A stretch of DNA of 64,000 nt from Acidimicrobiia bacterium (lineage in GTDB: Bacteria > Actinomycetota > Acidimicrobiia > Spongiisociales > ZC4RG35), in the NCBI GenBank assembly GCA_044867525.1, contig JBIOVB010000016.1, positions 23,685-87,684 on the forward strand, written 5' to 3'. The notes beneath the pieces were generated by a model. The model was not told where the DNA came from. It saw only the letters and a list, made by a program, of their open reading frames with translations, and did not search any database. The position numbers were made by a program, and so were the translations under genes. Positions 53,564 to 62,856 of the stretch are shown piece by piece (the first letter of the stretch is position 1; each line of letters opens with the position of its first letter).

Positions 53564-54640
53564 TCACACGTTGAAGCGAAACTCGACCACGTCATCGGGG
53601 CGCATCACATAGGACTTGCCTTCGGTACGGACAAGTCCTCGTGCCCTTGCCTCGACCCACGAGCCGCTTGCCTCGAGCAGGGGATAGTCGATCACCTCCG
53701 CAGCGATGAACCCGCGCTGGAAGTCGGTGTGGATCACCCCGGCCGCCTCGGGCGCGGTCGCTCCGCTGCGAACGGTCCACGCCCGGGCTTCCTTGTCCCC
53801 GACCGTGAGGAAGCTCTGCAGGCCGAGTACCCGATATGCGGAATCGATCACTGCATGGAGCCCGGGCTCGGACTGGCCGACGGACTCGAGCAGCTCGACG
53901 CGATCATCGCCCCCGAGTTCGTTGAGATCAGCCTCGAGCTGGGCGTCGAGGAAGAGAGACTCGGCGGGGGCGACCAACTCCCCCAACGACACCCGCCGGT
54001 CCACATCCGCCAAGAGTGCGATATCCGAGTTGAACACGTAGATCACCGGCTTCGCGGTGAGCAGGTGGAGGTCGGCAAAATCCTCCGGCCGGACATCGCC
54101 TTGCCTGCTCGCCATCCTCCCCGATGCGACGATCTCCCGAAGCAGGCGCAGCTGCTCCACGCGTTGCCCGAGACTGCGATCGACGTTGGCCTCTTTCTCC
54201 ATGCGAGGAAGCCTCCTGTCGATGGTCTCCAGATCCGCCAGCGCCAACTCGGTCTCGATGATCTCGATGTCGCCGGCCGGGTCGGGCCCTGACCCGACAT
54301 GCGCGACGTTCTCGGACTCGAACGCGCGCACGACGTGGCATATGGCGTTGACATCCCTGATGTTGGCGAGGAAGCGGTTGCCGAGGCCTTCCCCCTCGCT
54401 GGCGCCCCGAACCAAGCCCGCAATGTCCACGAAGGTGACGGACGCGGGGATGGTCCGCTTCGAGCCGAAGATCGCCGCCAGTCGGGCGATACGGGGATCG
54501 GGTATCGGCACCACCCCCGTGTTGGGCTCGATCGTGGCGAACGGATAGTTGGCGGCGAGTACGCCGGCGTCCGTCAGTGCGTTGAACAAGGTGGACTTGC
54601 CGACATTGGGAAGTCCCACGATCCCGATCGAGAGACTCAT
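53564..54640 (-). CDS. ychF: Ribosome-binding ATPase YchF
   Basis: G1 motif IGIVGLPNVGKSTLFNALT, and the C-terminal TGS/YchF domain ends VVEFRFNV. Confidence 0.95.
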   Translation of the reverse strand: MSLSIGIVGLPNVGKSTLFNALTDAGVLAANYPFATIEPNTGVVPIPDPRIARLAAIFGSKRTIPASVTFVDIAGLVRGASEGEGLGNRFLANIRDVNAICHVVRAFESENVAHVGSGPDPAGDIEIIETELALADLETIDRRLPRMEKEANVDRSLGQRVEQLRLLREIVASGRMASRQGDVRPEDFADLHLLTAKPVIYVFNSDIALLADVDRRVSLGELVAPAESLFLDAQLEADLNELGGDDRVELLESVGQSEPGLHAVIDSAYRVLGLQSFLTVGDKEARAWTVRSGATAPEAAGVIHTDFQRGFIAAEVIDYPLLEASGSWVEARARGLVRTEGKSYVMRPDDVVEFRFNV

Positions 54641-54649
54641 GGCCGATGC

Positions 54650-54655
54650 AGGTTA
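54650..54655 (-). promoter_or_regulatory. -10-like hexamer TAACCT, 9 nt upstream of the ychF ATG 54640
   Basis: The plus strand reads AGGTTA. Confidence 0.35.
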
Positions 54656-54678
54656 GGGAGGGCCGCCGGGCAACTGGC

Positions 54679-54684
54679 TAGCGT
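54679..54684 (+). promoter_or_regulatory. -10-like hexamer TAGCGT, 6 nt upstream of the gpsA ATG 54691
   Basis: TANNNT match in a 50-nt divergent gap. Confidence 0.4.
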
Positions 54685-54690
54685 GCCCTG

Positions 54691-55689
54691 ATGGAGCGAA
54701 TCGCGGTGATCGGCGCCGGTTCCTGGGGCACCACCATCGCTTGCCTGGCTGGCACCTCCGTATCCACCCGGCTCTGGGCGAGGCGCCCCGAGCTCGCCGC
54801 CGAGATCAACGAGACCCGCCAGAGCACTCGGTATCTCCCCGGCCTCGCGATCCCGGACCTGGTCACCGCCACCGCGGACCTCGGGGAGGCCACGGAGGGG
54901 GCCTCTGCCCTGGTGATGGCGGTGCCCTCCCACGGATTCCGGGAGGTGTACACCTCCGCGGCGGCTTCGGTGGGCGACGACGTTCCGGTCCTGTCGCTCA
55001 CCAAGGGCATCGAGCAGGACACCCTGGCCACGATGACCCAGGTCGTGTCCGACGCCTCACCGGACAAGGACCGTTCCAGGATCGGGGTCCTCACCGGCCC
55101 CAACCTGGCGAGCGAGGTCGCCGCCGGGCAGCCCACGGCAGCGGTCATCGCCATGTCCGACCTGGAAACGGCCCGTCGGCTCCAGGAGGTCTTCATGGGC
55201 CCGACCTTCCGGGTGTACACGCATGACGACGTTGTGGGCTGCGAGCTGGGTGGTGCCCTGAAGAACGTGATGGCCATCGCGGCTGGGATGTCGGACGGGC
55301 TGGGGTTCGGCGACAACACCAGAGCCACACTGATCACCAGAGCGCTCTCGGAGCTGACCAGGCTCGGCGTGTCATTGGGCGGCCGACCGGCGACATTTGC
55401 CGGCCTCGCCGGAATGGGGGATTTGATCGCCACCTGCATCTCGACTGTGAGCCGCAACCACCAGGTGGGGGTGGGCCTTGCCGCCGGCAAGTCACTGGAG
55501 CAGGTGGTCACCGAGATGCAAATGGTCGCCGAGGGTGTCAAGACCACTCGCGCCGTTCTCGACTTGGCACACAGAAGCGGGATCGAGATGCCGATTGCCA
55601 ACCACGTCGGCCACGTCCTCTACGACGGGCTGGACCCCAAGGAGGCAGTGCTCCGGTTGATGGGCAGGGTTGCCAAGCCGGAAGACTGA
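54691..55689 (+). CDS. gpsA: NAD(P)H-dependent glycerol-3-phosphate dehydrogenase
   Basis: IAVIGAGSWGTT, LKNV.AIA.G and MVAEG motifs. Confidence 0.9.
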   Translation: MERIAVIGAGSWGTTIACLAGTSVSTRLWARRPELAAEINETRQSTRYLPGLAIPDLVTATADLGEATEGASALVMAVPSHGFREVYTSAAASVGDDVPVLSLTKGIEQDTLATMTQVVSDASPDKDRSRIGVLTGPNLASEVAAGQPTAAVIAMSDLETARRLQEVFMGPTFRVYTHDDVVGCELGGALKNVMAIAAGMSDGLGFGDNTRATLITRALSELTRLGVSLGGRPATFAGLAGMGDLIATCISTVSRNHQVGVGLAAGKSLEQVVTEMQMVAEGVKTTRAVLDLAHRSGIEMPIANHVGHVLYDGLDPKEAVLRLMGRVAKPED

Positions 55690-55760
55690 GCAGCTGGCGG
55701 GTGTTGTGCAACCAGAACACCGCCGGGGGTGTTCTCACCCACAGGAACATTGAGGGAGAC

Positions 55761-56708
55761 GTGTCGAACCGAATTCTGACCACCGCCCACGGAACCAACC
55801 GGGAGGCATTCAGCGGCCGTGATTGGGGCCTGTTTCTGGCTCTCTCCGCCATCTGGGGGTCCTCGTTTCTTCTGATGGCGATCGGCCTCGACGCCTTCCA
55901 TCCCGGTCTCGTCACTTGGCTCCGGGTCGGATTCGGCTCGGCTGCGGTCGCCGCCCTTCCCCAGGCACGCCGGTCACACATACCTCGCCCCGAGCGCCCG
56001 AAGATCTTCACCCTCGGGTTGATCTGGATGGCAATTCCCTTTGTCATTTTCCCTATCGCCCAGCAATGGATCGACTCGGCAGTGGCCGGGATGCTCAACG
56101 GGGCAACACCGATCTTCACCGCCATCGTGGCCTCGGTGCTGTTGTGGCAGTTGCCGGGCCGGCTCCAGGCGATAGGCCTCTTCGTCGGGTTCGCCGGCAT
56201 CGTGGCAATCGCCCTCCCCTCGGCAGGTGAAGCGCCGACCGCTGCTTTCGGAGTCGTGCTCGTGATCCTGGCCACGGTTTGCTACGCCTTCGCCACCAAC
56301 ATCGTCGCCCCGCTCCAACAGAGGTACGGGTCCCTTCCGGTCCTGGCCAGAGTGCAGTGGACCGCACTGGCGCTGGTCACCCCGTACGGGATCTACGGGC
56401 TCACCCAGTCGACTTTCGCCTGGCCGTCGCTGGTTGCCATGCTGGCCGTGGGGGTGCTCGGCACCGGTCTGGCGATGGTGATGATGGGGTCGCTGGTGGG
56501 GAGTGTGGGCCCGACGCGCGCCACCTTCATCACCTACCTGATACCGGTCGTCGCCCTCGTGCTCGGCGTGGTGTTCCGCGACGAGGTGGTGTCTCCAATC
56601 GCCATCTTCGGCATCGGCCTGGTCATAGGCGGGGCCTTGCTCGCCTCACGACGGGAGACCGACTCCGAGCGCATGGCGAGCCTCCTCGTGGAGGGCGAGA
56701 CCGGTTGA
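55761..56708 (+). CDS. DMT-superfamily (EamA-type) transporter
   Basis: Ten hydrophobic helices in two EamA-like halves. GTG 55761, preceded by GAGGGAG, is preferred over the track start 55701. Confidence 0.7.
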   Translation: MSNRILTTAHGTNREAFSGRDWGLFLALSAIWGSSFLLMAIGLDAFHPGLVTWLRVGFGSAAVAALPQARRSHIPRPERPKIFTLGLIWMAIPFVIFPIAQQWIDSAVAGMLNGATPIFTAIVASVLLWQLPGRLQAIGLFVGFAGIVAIALPSAGEAPTAAFGVVLVILATVCYAFATNIVAPLQQRYGSLPVLARVQWTALALVTPYGIYGLTQSTFAWPSLVAMLAVGVLGTGLAMVMMGSLVGSVGPTRATFITYLIPVVALVLGVVFRDEVVSPIAIFGIGLVIGGALLASRRETDSERMASLLVEGETG

Positions 56709-56709
56709 G

Positions 56710-57612
56710 TCAGGCTGCGGCCGAGCGCAGCGCCCGGATCACCAGGTCGCGGTCGCCGAGGCGGCGCCTCAGCTCGCGCTCCAGGCCCCCTATCGGATAG
56801 AGGTTCTGCGGGGCCCGGGGATCCTTGTGGCGCGCCGAGGCATAGCGAGGGAGACTCGCCGACACCACGTGGGCAACACGCGCGGCATCGGCCACGGTCA
56901 TGTCCGCCTTCACCTCGCAACGGACGAGCCCGCCCGCCGGCCCAGAGCCATTGGCCAGCCTCAGATACCACGAGAACCGGCTCCATGAGGTCGTCGTGAG
57001 GAAGAGCGGAGTCCGATGACCCACGGGCAGCGTCCCCAGGGTGGCACGGAGATCATCGGGGAGATACTGCACGTGCTGGGTCTTCACGTAGCCCACGGCT
57101 CCCTCGACGTGCCTGCTGTGCGACAGCGGCCCATCGACCACGATCAGGGCGGCATCTGCATGATCGGAGGCGATCTCACCCTCGAGATCGCCCATTCTCT
57201 CCTGAATCCCGAGCCAGAGCTCCTCTGGGGTCGATCCCTTGGTGCTCATCACCTCGTAGCGGCCCACCTTGGTGTCGACCTCATCGGCCGGGACACCGGT
57301 GAAGATCCCCCTTCTCACCCTCGCTGCCACCACCGTGGCACCGCCGTTGCAGCGCACCGCCCCCGCGGCGAAGGTGGCCGCCAGGCCGAACCCGGGAAAG
57401 AGGTCATCCCGATCGATCCAGAGGTTGGCATCGACCCGGCGCACACCATCGACGAAGAGAATGTCGCTCGCCGGCTCGCACTCGGGGAGCAGCGGCCGCC
57501 AATTCTCCGGTGTGACCTCGACCGAGGGGTCGACCTTGTCGGTGGAGTCTGCAAGGTCGGCGTCCGAAGGCGATCCGTAGTCGGGATCCCAGGCTTCGAC
57601 GGTGAATCTCAT
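56710..57612 (-). CDS. NurA-like nuclease (putative)
   Basis: 300 aa. ILFVDGVRR near the N-terminus and LIVVDGPLSH mid-protein resemble the conserved acidic DG motifs of NurA. The gene has a 4-nt overlap with the rad50/sbcC stop and occupies the last position of a herA-mre11-rad50 cassette. Confidence 0.5.
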   Translation of the reverse strand: MRFTVEAWDPDYGSPSDADLADSTDKVDPSVEVTPENWRPLLPECEPASDILFVDGVRRVDANLWIDRDDLFPGFGLAATFAAGAVRCNGGATVVAARVRRGIFTGVPADEVDTKVGRYEVMSTKGSTPEELWLGIQERMGDLEGEIASDHADAALIVVDGPLSHSRHVEGAVGYVKTQHVQYLPDDLRATLGTLPVGHRTPLFLTTTSWSRFSWYLRLANGSGPAGGLVRCEVKADMTVADAARVAHVVSASLPRYASARHKDPRAPQNLYPIGGLERELRRRLGDRDLVIRALRSAAA

Positions 57613-59939
57613 ACGGCCACCTTCTCGATCGACGATGTCTCCGGCCCCTTGATGACTTCGAATCGGACTGGTATCCGCTCCGCCAGCTCTTGAACGTGAG
57701 TAACCAGGCCGACGGTCCGGCCCTGACCGGCGAGCTCGTCGAGCACCGAGGCCACGACGTCGATCGACTCCTGGTCGAGTGAGCCAAATCCCTCATCCAA
57801 CAACACCGACTCGAGCCGTGAAGAAGTCCCGGTCAGCTCGGCGAGCTGCTCCGCCATGGACAACGACAGAGACAGCGCCACCAGGAAGGTCTCCCCGCCC
57901 GAGAGCCCGCGCGTGGTCCTGGTCAGGTCGGCGTTGCGATGATCGACGACCTCGAACTGGCTGCGGGTAGCAATCAGGGAATAAGCGCCTCCGGTCAGCT
58001 CGTGAAGCAGCTTGTTGGCCCCGTCCACCAGGGTCTCCATTGCTTCTTCGAGAAGCCAGGCCTCGAAATTGCTGGACCTCAGGTGGTTCCCGAGAGAAGA
58101 GGCGACACGCGTCAGGCCCCGCTCCGCCTCGATCTGGCCACCCAACTCGTCGGCTTCGGCAATCGACTTCTCCAGCTCTTGGATCTCGGCTCGGCGCCGC
58201 TCCTCTGCAAGGGCCAGGTTGGCCTCGGGCGACCCGTTCGGTTCGACACCGAGGCCTTCGAGCCACCCCCGTGTCTCGTCGAGGGCCCGCGCGGCCTCCT
58301 TCTCGGCGCCCGCAACCTGCTGATCGAGCCGGTGGAGGTCGGCCTTGCGATCATCGACGCGTCCCTCTCGCCAGCCCACGAACGAGAGCCAGGCCGCGAC
58401 CGGGTCTTCCCCGGGTATCGGCGGCTTCTCGCCGGCCACGAGATCGCGAGCTGCCAGAAGGGTCTCGAAGAGCCCGGCCGCCCGCCGCGAGAGCTCGTCC
58501 ACTCTGGCCTTTGCCTCGTCGGCTTGATGCTGCGCTTCTGCGATCCTGAGCTCGGTCTCTGCTCTGGCTTCGAGCAGTTTCAGTAGCGAAGCGATCGACG
58601 ACGCCAGCTCTTCCGAGGGCGGCGCCCCCGCGAGCAACCCTTCGAGATCCGCTGCCTGCTGGTCCATCTGCTTGGCAACGCCCTCCGCCTCTTTGAGGCC
58701 ATCCCGGGCATCGGCGACCAGGGAATCGAGTTCGGCGACCTCTCCGACCAGACGTTCCATCGATTGACCGGGCCCGCCACTCGGGCTCGGGATTTCCTCG
58801 ATCGCCGCAAGGCACACCGGGCACACCTCCCCAACGACCAGGCCCTGGCGGACCGTGTGGGCCGCATGCTCCAACCTGAGGGAGCTCAGCTCTGCGACTT
58901 TCCGGTCCCGGGAGGCTGTCGTCACGGCCATGTGATCGCTCAGCGCCTTTAGGTCGAGAGCAGCTCGATCGACACGGAGTGAGTCCAGCCGATCGCGATT
59001 TGCGGCCCATCCCTCGAGCTTCGAAAGGGGAGTGAAGCCCTTGATTGCCGCATCAGCCGCATCGAGCTCGGCAACGAAGCCGGCCAGGAGTTGGGTCACT
59101 ACCTCGAGGCCTTCCTTCGCGTCGAGTCGGTCTTTCTCGATCGTGCCCAGATCCTCCGGTGCCGCTATCGACTCCAGGAGGCTCAGCGCATCGCCGGCTC
59201 CGGCGCGGGCCGCGCTCGCATCGAGGACGGACGCCTGGAGACTCTGCAGCTTCTCAACCCGCGAAGGCAGCTCCTCACGCGCCACGAGGATCGCCTCCAA
59301 ACCGGCCCGGGCCGCCTCGAGCTGCTCGGGGGTGGGCACCTCCAACTTGGCCAGGCTCTCCTCCATGGCCTGGGCCCGCCCCTCCGAGGTCTTGGCCCTG
59401 GCGTTTGCCAGCTGCATCACCTTCTCGAACAGCCCGACCTCGAGCAGCGCGCGAAGCAGCGCCTGGCGCTCTCTTGGCTTATCGGTGAGGAAGTCGGCGA
59501 AAGCCCCCTGCGGCAGGACTACCGCCTTGGTGAACTGGTCATATGTGAGGCCGAGGAGCTCGGTCACCCGGTCGGTGACCTCGTCGGAGCCTCGGGCCAG
59601 CACTTCGCCGCCTTTCCGCTCCAGGCTCGCCTCCGTGGTCGTGGCCCCTGAGCCTCTGCGCTCCACGAGGCGTGCGGCCACGAAACGCTCCTCTTCGACC
59701 GTGAAATCGAAGGAAACCCGGGCCCGATCGGCGCGGGCAGAGATGACAGGTGCCACGGAGCGGCGATCGTCGAGCCGGGGAATCGTGCCGTAGAGGGCGA
59801 AGACCATACCGTCGATCACGCTCGACTTGCCGGCGCCCGTTGGCCCGGACAAGACGAACAGGTCTGCTTCGGTGAAGTCGACCTCGGTGCGCTGCCGGTA
59901 GGCGAGGAACCCCTCCATCACCAGGAACTGCGGCCTCAC
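57609..59939 (-). CDS. sbcC: SbcC/Rad50-family SMC-like ATPase
   Basis: Walker A LSGPTGAGKSS, a long coiled coil with a CPVC zinc hook, signature LSGGETFLVALSL, Walker B VLLDEGFGSLD. Confidence 0.9.
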   Translation of the reverse strand: MRPQFLVMEGFLAYRQRTEVDFTEADLFVLSGPTGAGKSSVIDGMVFALYGTIPRLDDRRSVAPVISARADRARVSFDFTVEEERFVAARLVERRGSGATTTEASLERKGGEVLARGSDEVTDRVTELLGLTYDQFTKAVVLPQGAFADFLTDKPRERQALLRALLEVGLFEKVMQLANARAKTSEGRAQAMEESLAKLEVPTPEQLEAARAGLEAILVAREELPSRVEKLQSLQASVLDASAARAGAGDALSLLESIAAPEDLGTIEKDRLDAKEGLEVVTQLLAGFVAELDAADAAIKGFTPLSKLEGWAANRDRLDSLRVDRAALDLKALSDHMAVTTASRDRKVAELSSLRLEHAAHTVRQGLVVGEVCPVCLAAIEEIPSPSGGPGQSMERLVGEVAELDSLVADARDGLKEAEGVAKQMDQQAADLEGLLAGAPPSEELASSIASLLKLLEARAETELRIAEAQHQADEAKARVDELSRRAAGLFETLLAARDLVAGEKPPIPGEDPVAAWLSFVGWREGRVDDRKADLHRLDQQVAGAEKEAARALDETRGWLEGLGVEPNGSPEANLALAEERRRAEIQELEKSIAEADELGGQIEAERGLTRVASSLGNHLRSSNFEAWLLEEAMETLVDGANKLLHELTGGAYSLIATRSQFEVVDHRNADLTRTTRGLSGGETFLVALSLSLSMAEQLAELTGTSSRLESVLLDEGFGSLDQESIDVVASVLDELAGQGRTVGLVTHVQELAERIPVRFEVIKGPETSSIEKVAV

Positions 59940-61066
59940 GTTTGTATCGCCTCCTGTTCGAGCTCGCGAAACAGGTCGAGCACCGCCGGGTCATCCACGC
60001 CTTTGGCGGACAGGTAGGTGGCGAACAGGTCGACCGGGGATCGTCCCGCCCGGCTCACCCTCTCCCGGCGCTCCACTTCGTCTGAGCGTTCGATCACCAC
60101 GTCGACGGCGCCGGGGATCGCGGCACGAACTTCGTCGTTGAGCCCGGAGCGGGCCTTCTCGTCGAGGATGACCTTGACATAGGCGTCGGTGACGTCTCCC
60201 GCCATGGCTATCACCTGCTCCAACGTGCCGGTCAACTGCACGAGCCTGGTCCCGCTGACAATGGGGATCTCCTCGACCTTTGCCGGCTTGCCCGCCTCGG
60301 CTTCCACGAGGAGCACTCCTTTCCGGTCGCCGACCTCGCCAAAGTCGAGCGGCATCGGCGACCCGCTGTACCAGACCGGGGCCGGAGCAGCCACCTTCTG
60401 CTGCCTGTGGAGATGGCCGAGCGCCACATAGCTCAAGTGCCCCGGGAAAGCCTGCGGGGGGATGTCGTAACCCATGATGTGGGAGTCCCGTTCGCCCCCA
60501 CCCGTTGTCGCCCCATAGACGAAGGCGTGGCCGATCACGACGTTGACGGTGTCGACGCCCATGTCCCCGGTGAGCGCCTCGATCACCTTTCTCATCCGGT
60601 GCTCGTAGGTCTGCACGTGTTGATCGGGATCGAGTCCCATGATCTGCTCCGCCTTGATGATCCCTCGTTGCGATACGAAGGGCAGAAATGCCGCCCGAAG
60701 GCCGAGTTCTTGGAGGTGGGCCACCCCACCATCACCTGGTGGCAAGGGCCGGGACACGACCCGGATCCGTCCCAGGTCGAGCAGGGGTTTGATGGCATCG
60801 AGACGGGCCGCGTTGTCATGGTTGCCGCCGACCACCAGCACAGGGCCGACTTCGGCCAGGTCGAGCAGGGCCCGATAGACCACGGCCTCATCCTCCGGCG
60901 ATGGAGAGGAGACGTCGAACAGATCACCTGCAACCAGGGTGGCGTCCACGAGTCGATCGCGGGCTATACCGGCGATCTCAACCAGCACCGCACGGTGCTC
61001 CTCCACGCGGGATCGCCCCCGGATCCTCCTCCCCACGTGCCAATCGGACGTATGGAGCAGCCTCAT
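59936..61066 (-). CDS. sbcD: SbcD/Mre11-family nuclease
   Basis: Phosphoesterase motifs MRLLHTSDWHVG, GDLFD, GNHD and GHLH. It has a 4-nt overlap with sbcC. Confidence 0.9.
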   Translation of the reverse strand: MRLLHTSDWHVGRRIRGRSRVEEHRAVLVEIAGIARDRLVDATLVAGDLFDVSSPSPEDEAVVYRALLDLAEVGPVLVVGGNHDNAARLDAIKPLLDLGRIRVVSRPLPPGDGGVAHLQELGLRAAFLPFVSQRGIIKAEQIMGLDPDQHVQTYEHRMRKVIEALTGDMGVDTVNVVIGHAFVYGATTGGGERDSHIMGYDIPPQAFPGHLSYVALGHLHRQQKVAAPAPVWYSGSPMPLDFGEVGDRKGVLLVEAEAGKPAKVEEIPIVSGTRLVQLTGTLEQVIAMAGDVTDAYVKVILDEKARSGLNDEVRAAIPGAVDVVIERSDEVERRERVSRAGRSPVDLFATYLSAKGVDDPAVLDLFRELEQEAIQT

Positions 61067-61128
61067 CGGAGCCAGAGCTCTTTCATTCCTCCGATCGTAG
61101 GACCGGGGTGGGACAGATCCTGGTAGTC

Positions 61129-62802
61129 CTAGAGGTCCTGGAAGGGGTCCTCCGGCGAGTCGGCCCGGGCGGGAAGCGCCCCGGCCTCAGAAGCTCGAGT
61201 GGCCCAGGCGGGAAATGGGAACTCGAGGACCAAGGGCACAGGGAGCTCCGGCTGGGCGAGGAGCATCGTGCCCGGTTTGAGGATGGTTGCCCGCTGGCGT
61301 TGCGCAGCAGGAAGGAAGCCGTACTCCTCGCGTGACGCCTCGGCAGAGTCCAGTCGACCCACGACCCTGATCGATGAGTTGGCGATGATGCGCCGCTCCA
61401 CTTCGGAAGCGGTCTGCTGCGCGCCGATCAGGATCACCCCCAACGACCGGCCCCGCTCCGCCACGTCGAGGAGCACCTCCTTGATCGGGCTGAATCCCTC
61501 CCTGGGGGCGTACTTGTTCAACTCGTCGAGGACCAGGAACAGCAGCTCTTCGGACTGCCCGGCATTCTCCTTGTCCTCGAAGGCTCGCCTCACCGTCACC
61601 CCGACCACGAACCGCTTCGCACGATCGTTCAGGTTGTGGAGGTCGACCACTGTCACCTGGTGGCCCTGGACATCGATGTTGTGCCGCGCCGGATTGGCGA
61701 TGTCCCCCCGGATCAGGCGCTCGACGTGGCGCACGGATCCCTGAAGGCGGCGGACGAATGCGTTGACCGTGCCCTGCCCGATGTGAGGCCCGGCCCATTC
61801 GAAGTTCGAGTCATCCTGTTGCACCTTCCTCGTAACCAGGTCGACCAGCTCGCGAAAGGTGCGCACCGTTTCGCCCTCGATCCTCACCGAGCCTCCATCG
61901 GCATCCTCGGCATGCCTCAGCTGGGCCATGACGTTGTAGACGACCATCGTGTACTGAGCCCGCTCGTCCTCGGCGTCGGCGAAGAGGAACACCATCAGGT
62001 CCTCGTGGCAGAACTCGGCGAGCGTCCAGAAGAACGATGTGATGTCGGGACGGGAGCTGACCTCGGCCACGGCCTTTTCGGATCCGACCCGGGGCGGGGC
62101 GAACAGCCCCACAGAGTCGAACGGCCCGGCGGGTAGGCCGAGATCCTTGTATCGGCGCCGGGCATCGTCGTCGAGGCTGCGATTGGGGCGGTCGATGTGG
62201 AGCAGGTCCTCGCCCTTGACGTTGAAGATCAGCGCCTTGGTGTTGACCGCCGCCGCAGCCAGGACGCCGGAGGTGAACAGCGAATGGAGTAGGAAGGTGG
62301 CGTAGCTGGTCTTGGTGGCCACACCCGACACTCCAGAGATGTTGACGTGGGCACCACGTTGTCCGTTGAGGAACTCGAAATTGGCAAAGAGCGGCTCTCC
62401 GTTGCGGGACGCACCAACCGGGAACTTGCGATCCATGCGGTCGAAGAACAGGGCCTGCTCCCGCTCCTCGCCCTGAGCTCTCCGCACCGGTTGCCCGGGC
62501 CGCGGGGGCACGAAGATCTCCGGCTCCACCCGTGTCGCGGTGACCTGCGCCGCCTCGACGACCTCGGCGGGCAGCACCCCGTCCTCGATGAGGAACACGT
62601 CGGAGTCGAATCGAGCTCCCTCGTGGCGCGCCCTCACCTGGCTCACCGTCCCGAAGATCTTCACCAGCTCACCGGATGGGAGCACTCGCTCCAACGCGAC
62701 CACGTCGTCGAGCTCCAGGTATTCACCGTCGGCGACGCCCACCCAGAACTCGAGCGGCGTGGCGTCGACGGTCCCGATCACCCGACCGACCATCTCCTCC
62801 AT
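61129..62802 (-). CDS. HerA-like (FtsK-HerA superfamily, DUF87-type) ATPase
   Basis: Start reset to ATG 62802; the upstream 125 codons of the track ORF are Arg/Gly-rich. The protein has an N-terminal HAS-barrel-like region (GRVIGTVDATPLEFWV), a P-loop-like GVSGVATKTS, a Walker B LLFLVLDELNKYAP, and GAQQTASEV. Confidence 0.7.
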   Translation of the reverse strand: MEEMVGRVIGTVDATPLEFWVGVADGEYLELDDVVALERVLPSGELVKIFGTVSQVRARHEGARFDSDVFLIEDGVLPAEVVEAAQVTATRVEPEIFVPPRPGQPVRRAQGEEREQALFFDRMDRKFPVGASRNGEPLFANFEFLNGQRGAHVNISGVSGVATKTSYATFLLHSLFTSGVLAAAAVNTKALIFNVKGEDLLHIDRPNRSLDDDARRRYKDLGLPAGPFDSVGLFAPPRVGSEKAVAEVSSRPDITSFFWTLAEFCHEDLMVFLFADAEDERAQYTMVVYNVMAQLRHAEDADGGSVRIEGETVRTFRELVDLVTRKVQQDDSNFEWAGPHIGQGTVNAFVRRLQGSVRHVERLIRGDIANPARHNIDVQGHQVTVVDLHNLNDRAKRFVVGVTVRRAFEDKENAGQSEELLFLVLDELNKYAPREGFSPIKEVLLDVAERGRSLGVILIGAQQTASEVERRIIANSSIRVVGRLDSAEASREEYGFLPAAQRQRATILKPGTMLLAQPELPVPLVLEFPFPAWATRASEAGALPARADSPEDPFQDL

Positions 62803-62808
62803 GTGCCG

Positions 62809-62814
62809 AGAGTA
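62809..62814 (-). promoter_or_regulatory. -10-like hexamer TACTCT, 6 nt upstream of the herA-like ATG 62802
   Basis: The plus strand reads AGAGTA. Confidence 0.4.
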
Positions 62815-62843
62815 GACCTCGCCGGCGACAGGAAACGGTCTCG

Positions 62844-62849
62844 TAGGGT
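62844..62849 (+). promoter_or_regulatory. -10-like hexamer TAGGGT, 7 nt upstream of the mannosylglycerate-synthase-like GTG 62857
   Basis: TANNNT match in the 54-nt divergent gap shared with the herA-like gene. Confidence 0.4.
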
Positions 62850-62856
62850 GACCGCG

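Noticed and set aside
56710-62856. The herA-sbcDC-nurA cassette as part of a mobile genomic island.
   Set aside because: I could see no integrase, transposase, flanking tRNA, direct repeats or obvious compositional break by eye. Horizontal origin remains only a hypothesis that needs phylogeny.
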